64,000 bases of DNA from Prochlorococcaceae cyanobacterium (lineage in GTDB: Bacteria > Cyanobacteriota > Cyanobacteriia > PCC-6307 > Cyanobiaceae). Below are positions 40,869-48,237 of the stretch, piece by piece. Made by a program: the position numbers and the translations under genes. Position 1 is the first letter of the stretch; every line of letters starts with the position of its first letter. Under the pieces are notes generated by a model. It did no database searches. It saw nothing but the letters and a program-made list of their open reading frames with translations, and was not told the DNA's origin. The stretch lies in assembly GCA_040399185.1 (NCBI GenBank), contig JBBASQ010000001.1, forward strand, positions 80,645-144,644. The letters are read 5' to 3'.

Positions 40869-41791
40869 GCGTGAAGGCTGTGCTGATCGAGGCCTTTGCC
40901 GCCGCCCCCTGCCAGGGCAACGGGGCGGCGGTGGTCTTGCTCGACCATCCGCTGAGCGCCGCTGCCATGCAGGCGATCGCCGGCAGCCTGCGCCAGTCGG
41001 AAACGGCTTTCCTGTTGCACCGCAGCGGCACCTGGCTGCTGCGCTGGTTCACGCCCACCTGCGAGGTGCAGCTTTGCGGCCATGCCACCCTGGCTGGCCT
41101 GCTGGCCCTGGGCCATTGGGGGGAGCTCCAGCCCGGCGCCAGCCTGGCTTTCCACAGCCGCAGCGGCCCCCTGGCCGTGGGCCTGGATCCGGAGCGACCG
41201 GGCCGGGGCGCGATTGTGTTGCCCGCCTACCCGGTCCATGGCGCCACCCCGGACGCGGCCCTGGCGACCCTGCTCGAGCGCTGCAGCGGCGCTGCGGTGT
41301 CGGGGTATTGGACCAGTGACCTGGGCTATCACGTTGCCCTGCTGCCCCCCGGCACCTCCCTGGCGGGGTTGGATGGCCTCGCCTCCCAGCTGCAGGGTGC
41401 GGAGCGCCAGGGTTTGGTGGTGATGGCCGGTGTGGAGCGGGGCCGCCAGGACGCCCCCCAGCTTGAGGGCATCCCGGCCGACTACCAGCTGCGCTTTTTC
41501 GCCCCCGGTCTGGGGATTCCGGAGGATCCCGTCACCGGCTCGGCCCATGCCCTGGTGGCCCCCTACTGGCTCCAGCACAGCGGACAGGCCACGGTGGTGG
41601 GTTGGCAGCCGTCCACCCGGCCCGGCGGGATGGTGTGCAGCGCGGCATCGTCGGGCATGATCCGTCTGCTCGGTACGGGCCATCTGCTGTGGGAGGGCAC
41701 GCTCCACTTCGGGCATTCCGCCAATGGGGACAGCGGCGTCTCGCCGCCGTCCGCCTGGGAGGGCTGGCAAGCCTTGCTTCCCGCCGACTGA
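40865..41791 (+). CDS. PhzF-family isomerase-like protein
   Basis: ..GNGAAVVLL.. and ..QSETAFLL.., FTPTCEVQLCGHATLA typical of PhzF. The ATG overlaps the gpsA stop (ATGA). Confidence 0.75.
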   Translation: MSVKAVLIEAFAAAPCQGNGAAVVLLDHPLSAAAMQAIAGSLRQSETAFLLHRSGTWLLRWFTPTCEVQLCGHATLAGLLALGHWGELQPGASLAFHSRSGPLAVGLDPERPGRGAIVLPAYPVHGATPDAALATLLERCSGAAVSGYWTSDLGYHVALLPPGTSLAGLDGLASQLQGAERQGLVVMAGVERGRQDAPQLEGIPADYQLRFFAPGLGIPEDPVTGSAHALVAPYWLQHSGQATVVGWQPSTRPGGMVCSAASSGMIRLLGTGHLLWEGTLHFGHSANGDSGVSPPSAWEGWQALLPAD

Positions 41792-41802
41792 GCGTTGGCG
41801 GA

Positions 41803-42732
41803 GTGCCCCGGCGGATTTGGCTGGGTGCACCGATGGCTCTGAGCGCCGTGGCCATCGGCTTTGCGGCCCAGGGCCTCACCCCCCAGCCCTATGCCAGCGG
41901 CCAGAGTGCCCTGCTGGAGGCCCTGGTGGATGCCCCCGCACCAGCCCAGGACACCCGGATGGAGGCGGAGTCGCTTCGGCGGGTGCAAAGCCAGCGCCTC
42001 GGCCTGCAGGAACCGGCTGCCGGCAAGCCAGTGGATCTCGAAATTCGTGTGGCCCTGCTGCGGGCTGGGGCCATGCCGAGCCTGAGCGCCACGGGGCCCT
42101 GGCAATTGGTGGGCCGCGATGGGCGGCTGTTGCAGCAGGGCACGGCGGGTGAAGCCGTGGAGGCGGGCTGGATGGCGGATGCTGCAGAGGCGTGGCTGCA
42201 GGCCCCCGGCGCCACCCTCCAGGTGAACGGCCAGCCCTACGGCGGCCGGCTGCGGTTGATCAGGCAGGACAACGGCGTGCTGGTGGTGAACCACCTGCCG
42301 CTCGAAACCTATGTGGCCTCGGTGGTGGGCGCGGAGATGCCCAGCAGCTGGGAGATGGAAGCGCTGCGGGCCCAGGCCGTGGCAGCCCGCTCCTATGCCC
42401 TGGCCCACATGGCCCGCCCGGCCAGTCGCCACTGGCATCTGGGCGACACCACCCGCTGGCAGGCCTATCGGGGTCTCACGAGCAGCAACAGCCGCACCCG
42501 TCAGGCCGCGGGGAGTACGGCCGGTTTGATCCTCAGCTACCAGGGCGGCATCGTGGAGAGCCTCTACGCCGCGAACCGGCAGATCACCCTGGAGGCCCAT
42601 GGCCATCTGGGGGCCAGCATGAGCCAGCACGGGGCCCAGGACCTGGCCAGCCAGGGACTCCGGTACAACGAAATCTTGGGGCGCTATTACCAGGGCGCCT
42701 CGTTGGCCCGGTTGAAATCCGGTGCGGGCTGA
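41803..42732 (+). CDS. SpoIID/LytB-domain protein (peptidoglycan remodelling)
   Basis: ..LETYVASVVGAEMPSSWEMEALRAQAVAARSYAL.. SpoIID signature. Start is GTG 41803, or ATG 41833. Confidence 0.75.
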   Translation: MPRRIWLGAPMALSAVAIGFAAQGLTPQPYASGQSALLEALVDAPAPAQDTRMEAESLRRVQSQRLGLQEPAAGKPVDLEIRVALLRAGAMPSLSATGPWQLVGRDGRLLQQGTAGEAVEAGWMADAAEAWLQAPGATLQVNGQPYGGRLRLIRQDNGVLVVNHLPLETYVASVVGAEMPSSWEMEALRAQAVAARSYALAHMARPASRHWHLGDTTRWQAYRGLTSSNSRTRQAAGSTAGLILSYQGGIVESLYAANRQITLEAHGHLGASMSQHGAQDLASQGLRYNEILGRYYQGASLARLKSGAG

Positions 42733-42736
42733 AGCG

Positions 42737-43609
42737 GTGCAGCCCCCGGCGACCCGACCGGAACGCTATTGGCGTGGGGCCCTGGCCGTCTCCGAGCGGG
42801 CGTTGGAGGCTGGTGCCCTCGTGCCCCTGGCTACCGCCGTGGTGGAGCAACCGTCGCTGGCACCCTTCCAGCTCCGCCGGCTGCTGAGCCGCACCCCCAA
42901 GCACCTGCGGGCCGGTGGGCCCAAACCCAACCCCTTCCTCCCCTGGGAACCGTCGCTCGAGGTGGCCCGCCCCAGGCCAGGGCACGTGCTGTTGCTCAAC
43001 AAGTTCCCGGTGCAGGCGGGACATGTGCTGCTGATCACGGATCACTGGGCGCCCCAGGCCGGTTGGCTCGATGCCCACGACTGGGCCGCCACGGCCACCG
43101 TGGCCCGCGACACCGGCGGGCTCTGGTTCTTCAACAGCTGCGCCGCCGCCGGGGCCAGCCAGCCCCATCGCCATCTGCAGCTGCTGCCCAGGGCAGCAGG
43201 CCAGCCCAGCTGTCCCCTCGCTCCCACCTTCCTGGCGGCCCTCGCCGCTGGCGATCGGGGGGGGGGCCGGGGCCTGGCCGAGGGTTTTTCCTGGGCCTAT
43301 CGGCTCAGCCCCCGGCAGGATGCTGTGGCCCACTCCGATCTGGCCAGTCTCTACACCGAGCACATGGGCGCCCTTGGCCTGGGCGATCCCGGCCGCGACC
43401 GCCAGCCGCGGCATCCCTACAACCTGCTGTTTGACGACCAGTGGTTTCTCACGGTGCGCCGCTGCCGGGAGCATGCCGCCGGATTCAGCATCAACGCCCT
43501 GGGCTTTGCCGGCTGCCTGCTGCAGACCGAACGGTCTGATCTGGCCTGGCTGGAGCGCCATGGGCCCTGGGCGCTGCTCCAGGCGGTGGCGGCCCCGGCC
43601 CTGGCCTGA
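42737..43609 (+). CDS. ATP adenylyltransferase-like (Ap4A phosphorylase II / GalT-HIT-like) protein
   Basis: ..LLLNKFPVQAGHVLLIT.. and the histidine motif SQPHRHLQLLP. GTG at 42737 (GTG 42722 would overlap the upstream gene). Confidence 0.65.
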   Translation: MQPPATRPERYWRGALAVSERALEAGALVPLATAVVEQPSLAPFQLRRLLSRTPKHLRAGGPKPNPFLPWEPSLEVARPRPGHVLLLNKFPVQAGHVLLITDHWAPQAGWLDAHDWAATATVARDTGGLWFFNSCAAAGASQPHRHLQLLPRAAGQPSCPLAPTFLAALAAGDRGGGRGLAEGFSWAYRLSPRQDAVAHSDLASLYTEHMGALGLGDPGRDRQPRHPYNLLFDDQWFLTVRRCREHAAGFSINALGFAGCLLQTERSDLAWLERHGPWALLQAVAAPALA

Positions 43610-43726
43610 GCAGGGCTGCCGATTCCGTGGTTTCACGGTTGTGCCGAGGTGGCCTGAAGCCCGTGAGTGAAAGCAGGCCCCCATGGGCCCGCCGCCCTGC
43701 GGCTTCTATTTCTGCTTCTACTACCC

Positions 43727-44455
43727 ATGTCCGTCAGCCAACGGGCGATCCGCCACCGGAATGGCCGCGTCGATCGCTATCGCCAGCTTGTCCGGCCCAT
43801 CGCCCTGCATTACGCCAGCCGCAGCCCGGAGCCCCTCGATGACCTGATCCAGGTGGGTCTGATGGGGCTGTTGAGGGCTGCCGAGCTCTACGAGGCCGCC
43901 AGTGGCACGCCGTTTTCAGCCTTTGCCCGGCCCCACATCCGCGGCTCGATCCTGCATTACCTTCGCGACCGCATCCAGCCGATCCGCCTGCCCCGGCGGC
44001 TCCAGGAACAGCTGGACCGGCGCCGTCACTGCCTTGCCCACGGGCTGCTCCAGAGCGGCGTGCCGCCCACCGATGAGCAGCTCCGCCTCGCCATGGGGCT
44101 CTCGCCGCAGCAGTGGAACCAGCTGGAGTGCGCGCGGTTGATCAACAAGGTGATGCCGCTCGACAGCGAGCTCGAGGAGTCGATCGCCGATGGGAGCGCT
44201 GTGGGGGTGGAGCGCTGCGAGGGGGAAGGGGTGGCCCTGGAGGCCCTCGCCCGGCTGGAACCCGCCCTTGCTGCCGTGGTGCAGCGGGTGGTGCTAGCTG
44301 GCTGGAGCTACCGCCGCACGGCCCAACAACTGGCGATCAGCCCGATGACCGTCCAGCGCCGTCTCCACAGGGGTCTGGCGCTGCTGCGCGAACAACTCGG
44401 CCTCAGCCTTCGGCCGGGGCTGAATCGCGCTCCATCTGCCGCTCCAGCGTGCTGA
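43727..44455 (+). CDS. RNA polymerase sigma factor, sigma-70 family, group 3 (SigF/SigB-like)
   Basis: Region 2 (DLIQVGLMGLLRAAELYE...FSAFARPHIRGSILHYLRD) and region 4 HTH (SYRRTAQQLAISPMTVQRRLHRGL). ATG at 43727. Confidence 0.85.
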   Translation: MSVSQRAIRHRNGRVDRYRQLVRPIALHYASRSPEPLDDLIQVGLMGLLRAAELYEAASGTPFSAFARPHIRGSILHYLRDRIQPIRLPRRLQEQLDRRRHCLAHGLLQSGVPPTDEQLRLAMGLSPQQWNQLECARLINKVMPLDSELEESIADGSAVGVERCEGEGVALEALARLEPALAAVVQRVVLAGWSYRRTAQQLAISPMTVQRRLHRGLALLREQLGLSLRPGLNRAPSAAPAC

Positions 44456-44606
44456 TGGCAGCCTCTGCGGCCGCCAGCTGACGCTCGAGGCCGTCACGCC
44501 AGTAGCGCAGCATCCGCAGCTTGCGCTCCTGGTGGTGGTGCCAGGCGTGGCGGCCGTCTGCACCGGTGCCGCAACAGGCGAATGGGGGGAGCATGGGAAA
44601 ATGCAT
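44403..44606 (-). CDS. Candidate small Cys/His-containing coiled-coil protein (63-67 aa)
   Basis: High GC3 in this frame. ..FACCGTGADGRHAWHHHQERKLRMLRYWRDGLERQLAAAEAAISTLERQM... Overlaps the sigma-factor 3' end by 53 nt (convergent). Start is ATG 44606 or 44594. Confidence 0.45.
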   Translation of the reverse strand: MHFPMLPPFACCGTGADGRHAWHHHQERKLRMLRYWRDGLERQLAAAEAAISTLERQMERDSAPAEG

Positions 44607-44776
44607 GGGTGCAACCCGGTTTTAGCGATCTGAGCCGGTGGTTCGCGTGTCGTGTCTCCCCCCCAGCAATGGTCGAGCAGCACGCGCTGGAGTCCCGCAC
44701 AGCACTGGCTTGGCGGCAGGACAAAGCCAAAGGCATTCAGTGGCTGGAGACCCCCTTGGTTCACCCTGATCGCAGG

Positions 44777-46366
44777 ATGAGACCAGGTGGCCTTTCCGGT
44801 CTCATGCGTCGCGCTGTTCTGGTGCTGGTGGTGCTGGCCGGGCTGGGTGGCCTGCCGGCGCGGGCCTATGTGGCCCTGATGGCGGGCCAGTCCGCCAAGC
44901 CGCTCAAGGGCACCTTCAACAACGTGCCGGTGCTCCACTCCAACCAGCCGGAGGAGGTGGAGGGGCCTGGCATCCTGATCAGCACAGCTCCCGGCGTGGC
45001 CTATGCAGCTGAAAACGGCCAGCCCCTGAGCAATGCCGAGTTCACCTTCAACGGTGAGTTCGGCGTTCATCTCCACCACAAGTACCTCCCGCCCTATCGC
45101 GCTCGCATCCGGGCCGGCCAGCGCCGCACCGAGCTCACGATCGGTTTGATCCTGATCAACCCGGGCTATCAGCCGGTGACGATCCGCTTTGAGCGCGGAG
45201 CGGTGCGCAACAGCTTCGAGGCTCCCTACCTGGGCAACGCCAAGATCGGGGTGCGCCCGCTGGGGCCCCGGCCCTGGAACACCGGCCCTGGCGACGCCAC
45301 GGCGGTTCAGATGCTGCGCGGCCAGCTCGACCGGCGCCTGCAGGACGAAGTGGTGATACCACCCCGCAGCCGGCTGGTGCTGTTCAGCACGGAGATCCCC
45401 GCCCTGGGCATTGCCAACGGGCTGCTCAGGGGCAACAGCAACGGCCCGTTCCAGATGGCTGTTGTGGCGGCGAGCAACCCGCGCGGCGATCAGGATCTAC
45501 TGGCCGTGCTGGACCAGGGCCAGTTGGCCCCCGGGCGTGTATATCTCAACCGCATCACGGACATCAATAACCGCCGGGTGTTCTCCCGGGTGGGCGGTGT
45601 GGCCCTGGGCGATGCCTACCAGGCTTCGGTGAGTCACGACCTCAGCAGCCAGGGCCCCCTGCATGTGCCCCTCACCAGCACCAACCGCCACAACTTCGGC
45701 ACCGGCGAGATCCAGGTGAATCCACTGGTGAGTCGCATGCTGGATTCATCCCTCGACAACGTGGGCACCTACGGCGTGCGCTTCGACGTAGACCTCGACC
45801 TGCGTGGCAATGGGCCCTACGAATTGGTGCTCAGCCATCCTTCCCCGGTGGGCGGCAAGCACTTCACGGCGTTCCGCGGTTCGATGCAGGTGCGTACCGC
45901 CGATGGACTGCAGGAGATGCATGTGGGCATGCGCTCCGGCCAGAGCATGGCCCTCACCACCCTGAACCTCAAGCCGGGGGTCTCCAACCCCGTGCGCGTG
46001 AGTCTTGTGTATCCCGCCGATGCCACCCCAGGCCATCTGCTGAGTGTGGTTCCCGAGTCCCAGCTGGCCCGCGTGCGCGACCAGGAGCGCCAGCTGGAAG
46101 TGGCCCGGGCTGGCGCCGCCAACCGGCCCACCCTGGCCCCCCAGCTTCTGCCGCCCATCGAGCTGCAGGAGGCGTGGCTTCCGATGGCCCCCCCGCTGGG
46201 GGCTCCCGATCTGCAGCAACTGCCCCCGCCGCCGCCGCCGCCGCTGACCCTGCAGCTCTCACCCGTGGTGCTCCCGCCGGCCCGCGCCGACCAGACCCTG
46301 GTGGATCGCTACCAGCAGGCGCTTGAGGCCCAGCAGCAGCGGATGCGCGGGCTGATGGGGAACTGA
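44777..46366 (+). CDS. Exported beta-rich conserved cyanobacterial protein (DUF3370-like, from memory) with a Pro7 and coiled C-terminal tail
   Basis: Signal peptide (MRRAVLVLVVLAGLGGLPARA), 520+ aa. Start is ATG 44777 or 44804. The track start at 44582 is upstream read-through. Confidence 0.7.
   Translation: MRPGGLSGLMRRAVLVLVVLAGLGGLPARAYVALMAGQSAKPLKGTFNNVPVLHSNQPEEVEGPGILISTAPGVAYAAENGQPLSNAEFTFNGEFGVHLHHKYLPPYRARIRAGQRRTELTIGLILINPGYQPVTIRFERGAVRNSFEAPYLGNAKIGVRPLGPRPWNTGPGDATAVQMLRGQLDRRLQDEVVIPPRSRLVLFSTEIPALGIANGLLRGNSNGPFQMAVVAASNPRGDQDLLAVLDQGQLAPGRVYLNRITDINNRRVFSRVGGVALGDAYQASVSHDLSSQGPLHVPLTSTNRHNFGTGEIQVNPLVSRMLDSSLDNVGTYGVRFDVDLDLRGNGPYELVLSHPSPVGGKHFTAFRGSMQVRTADGLQEMHVGMRSGQSMALTTLNLKPGVSNPVRVSLVYPADATPGHLLSVVPESQLARVRDQERQLEVARAGAANRPTLAPQLLPPIELQEAWLPMAPPLGAPDLQQLPPPPPPPLTLQLSPVVLPPARADQTLVDRYQQALEAQQQRMRGLMGN
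46226..46243 (+). repeat. (CCG)6 trinucleotide repeat, preceded by CCC, encoding Pro7
   Basis: Read directly: ccc ccg ccg ccg ccg ccg ccg within the 44777-46366 CDS. Confidence 0.9.
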
Positions 46367-46376
46367 ACGGCAAAGC

Positions 46377-47378
46377 GTGGGGGAATCGACGCAGCGCAAA
46401 CGCATCAGCATTGAGCTTCCGGCCGACCTGCTGGAGCACCTCGATGCCCTCAAGGGCGAGTGGGGCCTGCGCAGCAGGGGCGATCTGTTCGAGCGGCTGC
46501 TGGAAACGGTGCTTCCTGGCCAGGCGTCAGGGGAGGACGCCGTGGAGGAGACAGACCGTGACGACGAGGCAGGCGGATTTGATGAACAGGGTGCCCTGGT
46601 GCTCGTGGCCGGCCATGGCAAGGCCGAACTGCTGGCCGACTTTGACGGCCTTGGCGCGGATCCGGAGCTGAGGCCGGCAGCGGAACCGCGACGGCCCAAG
46701 GGTGGTATCGACCTTCCGGGATTTGTGCGCCGCCAGTCTGCCCAGCTCAAGCGCAGTCTCCAGCCCACCCACGCCAGCCGGGAGCCGAATGAGCTGTTGC
46801 CTGGGGTGTCGGCGGAGCAGGTGGCGGCTTCCCTGCAAACCGCCAGCGACCACTGGCATGAGCTGTATGGCAGCGCACCAAATGACGCCGTGCTCGAGGC
46901 CGCGATGGTCTGGCTGGCCCAGGACATCTGGCCCCAATCCGATCAGAGCGACGGGCAACCGTTCACCTGGTCGTTGGCGCTGGATGTGGTGCGGGGCTTT
47001 GCGCCCGCGTTCCCGGAAGGGCCCGCCAGTTTCGAACGGGTCATGGTGGTGGCCGGCCTGCTGGAGGATCCCTTCAGCGCCGCAACGCTGGACCTGAGGG
47101 TCCCCACCCTGATCCGCCGCTTCGTGCACCGGTTCCGCAAGCGCCGCAAGGGCACGTCATTCCAGACCCTCGAGCACACCATGACCCTGCATGGGGCCTT
47201 GAAGCTGCTCCAGCTGCCGACGGCACCGGGCCATCGGCTCACCCTGCGGGAGATTCGCGAGGCTTATCGGCAGATGGCGGTGGGCGCACACCCCGACAGT
47301 GGTGGCTCCACGGAAGCCATGCGCCGCCTCAACGAGGCCTACCAGCTGCTGAAGGAGCTCTACCGAACCGCGGGCTGA
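46377..47378 (+). CDS. Protein with an N-terminal ribbon-helix-helix-like segment and a C-terminal J domain
   Basis: GTG start 10 nt after the upstream stop. N-terminus ..RISIELPADLLEHLDALKGEWGLRSRGDLFERLLE.. (CopG/RHH-like). C-terminus ..TLREIREAYRQMAVGAHPDSGGS..RLNEAYQLLKE (J domain with HPD). Confidence 0.7.
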   Translation: MGESTQRKRISIELPADLLEHLDALKGEWGLRSRGDLFERLLETVLPGQASGEDAVEETDRDDEAGGFDEQGALVLVAGHGKAELLADFDGLGADPELRPAAEPRRPKGGIDLPGFVRRQSAQLKRSLQPTHASREPNELLPGVSAEQVAASLQTASDHWHELYGSAPNDAVLEAAMVWLAQDIWPQSDQSDGQPFTWSLALDVVRGFAPAFPEGPASFERVMVVAGLLEDPFSAATLDLRVPTLIRRFVHRFRKRRKGTSFQTLEHTMTLHGALKLLQLPTAPGHRLTLREIREAYRQMAVGAHPDSGGSTEAMRRLNEAYQLLKELYRTAG

Positions 47379-47479
47379 CCAGCCCTTGACGCTCACGACG
47401 AGCACCGGAACATCCAGAGCGTCATCGAGAAAACCAGATGAGACTCCTGGATAGACCTGGTGAGAGTCCAGCCTGAGAT

Positions 47480-47522
47480 CGAAGAATTTAAGTGACTCTC
47501 TTTGGTCTCTTCGTAGGACTAG
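47480..47522 (+). repeat. Degenerate module copy 1: CGAAGA..TTAAGT..TTGGTCTC..GGACTAG
   Basis: Words read directly: cgaaga 47480-85, ttaagt 47488-93, ttggtctc 47502-09, ggactag 47516-22. Confidence 0.5.
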
Positions 47523-47524
47523 AT

Positions 47525-47935
47525 ATGCGTCTTGTTCTCCAGTATTGCGACAAATGCTCGCGTCGATGGAGGCTCTCAGGATTTGGCACAGCCAGGTGTC
47601 ACGAGTGTCCACGGCGCGACGATGCGAAGACTTCTTGGTCTCAATTAAGTTGCAGGTCTGGACTCACTAGCGGTCGCAGTGGCGACGACCGAGAACCCAA
47701 AAAATCGTCGATTCTGGATCGCCGCGATGATTCAACTCCCGTGGCGAGCGTGGGTCGCATGGGGAGGTTCTGGATGGGAGCGCTTGACCCTCCCCGTCTG
47801 ACTGGCTGTCCGCTGCTGTGTCCAGTCGCTCTGGCCAAGCCAGAAAACCAAGTGGTGAGAGCACTCCTGGTTCCTGCGTACCTGTGTCTGATGCAGGTAC
47901 GCCTGCCTGGACAGAAGCTGGAGGACGGCGATTGA
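47525..47935 (+). CDS. Speculative ORF: 136-aa basic protein with an N-terminal CxxC-x13-CxxC zinc-ribbon-like motif
   Basis: The ATG at 47525 is preceded by AGGA 8 nt upstream. MRLVLQYCDKCSRRWRLSGFGTARCHEC... The remainder is low-complexity, and the ORF overlaps the USP-like relic on the other strand. Confidence 0.2.
   Translation: MRLVLQYCDKCSRRWRLSGFGTARCHECPRRDDAKTSWSQLSCRSGLTSGRSGDDREPKKSSILDRRDDSTPVASVGRMGRFWMGALDPPRLTGCPLLCPVALAKPENQVVRALLVPAYLCLMQVRLPGQKLEDGD
47625..47670 (+). repeat. Degenerate module copy 2: CGAAGA..TTGGTCTC..TTAAGT..GGACTCACTAG
   Basis: cgaaga 47625-30, ttggtctc 47635-42, ttaagt 47645-50, ggactcactag 47660-70. Confidence 0.5.
47876..47902. other. Perfect 9-bp hairpin GCGTACCTG-(9 nt)-CAGGTACGC
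   Basis: Read directly. The loop is tgtctgatg. No flanking U/A tract. Confidence 0.7.
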
Positions 47936-48059
47936 TGCCCTCGGGGCCATATCACCCCTGACCCCGAGCGGAGACACAACACCGAGTCTCGCTCTGCTCA
48001 TATGGGGCGCGTTAGCAGACCCGCCGAGTGTCGCATCTGAGATGACCGGGCGTGGGTCG

Positions 48060-48237
48060 GCGAGCCCTGGGACGCGCGTTGTCGCAACGAGCCGACGGGG
48101 ATCCCGAAGACTGCGCACTAGTCCAGCCTGGGACTAGCTAGTAGACCCGGTACGAGTCTCACATAAGACTTCAGAGCGAGCCTGTCGGGACGCGCAGCGG
48201 AGCGCCTGCGCCAGTAGGTCTCAATCGGGACGCGTGG
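48060..48237 (+). repeat. Three spaced copies of a GGGACGCG-containing motif, each followed by its own hairpin
   Basis: gcgagccctgggacgcgcg 48060-78 (then CGTTG-TCG-CAACG). gcgagcctgtcgggacgcgca 48176-96 (GCGCAG-8nt-CTGCGC). tcgggacgcgtgg 48225-37 (CGGGTC-9nt-GACCCG). Confidence 0.55.
48105..48137 (+). repeat. Degenerate module copy 3: CGAAGA..CTAGTCC-AGCCTG-GGACTAG (perfect 7-bp hairpin)
   Basis: cgaaga 48105-10. The ctagtcc 48118-24 / ggactag 48131-37 stem has loop agcctg. The 11-mer agtccagcctg also occurs at 47465-75. Confidence 0.55.

Larger units (their letters stand above)
47379..47731 (-). pseudogene. Possible relic of a universal-stress-protein (USP) family gene, interrupted by a stop and a frameshift
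   Basis: The minus-frame translation ends ..DAYLVLRRDQ..YPGVSSGFLDDALDVPVLVVSVKG. This resembles the USP C-terminus (DLIVMG.RG....GSV...V.....CPVLVV). The upstream part needs a frame change and reads through a TAA. It has no stop of its own before entering the J-domain gene. Confidence 0.25.

Noticed and set aside
47732-48118. 128-aa and 113-aa minus-strand ORFs (47732-48118 and 47641-47982) in the spacer.
   Set aside because: Their compositions are Arg/Ser/Pro-rich and non-protein-like, and they overlap each other. No motifs were recognised.
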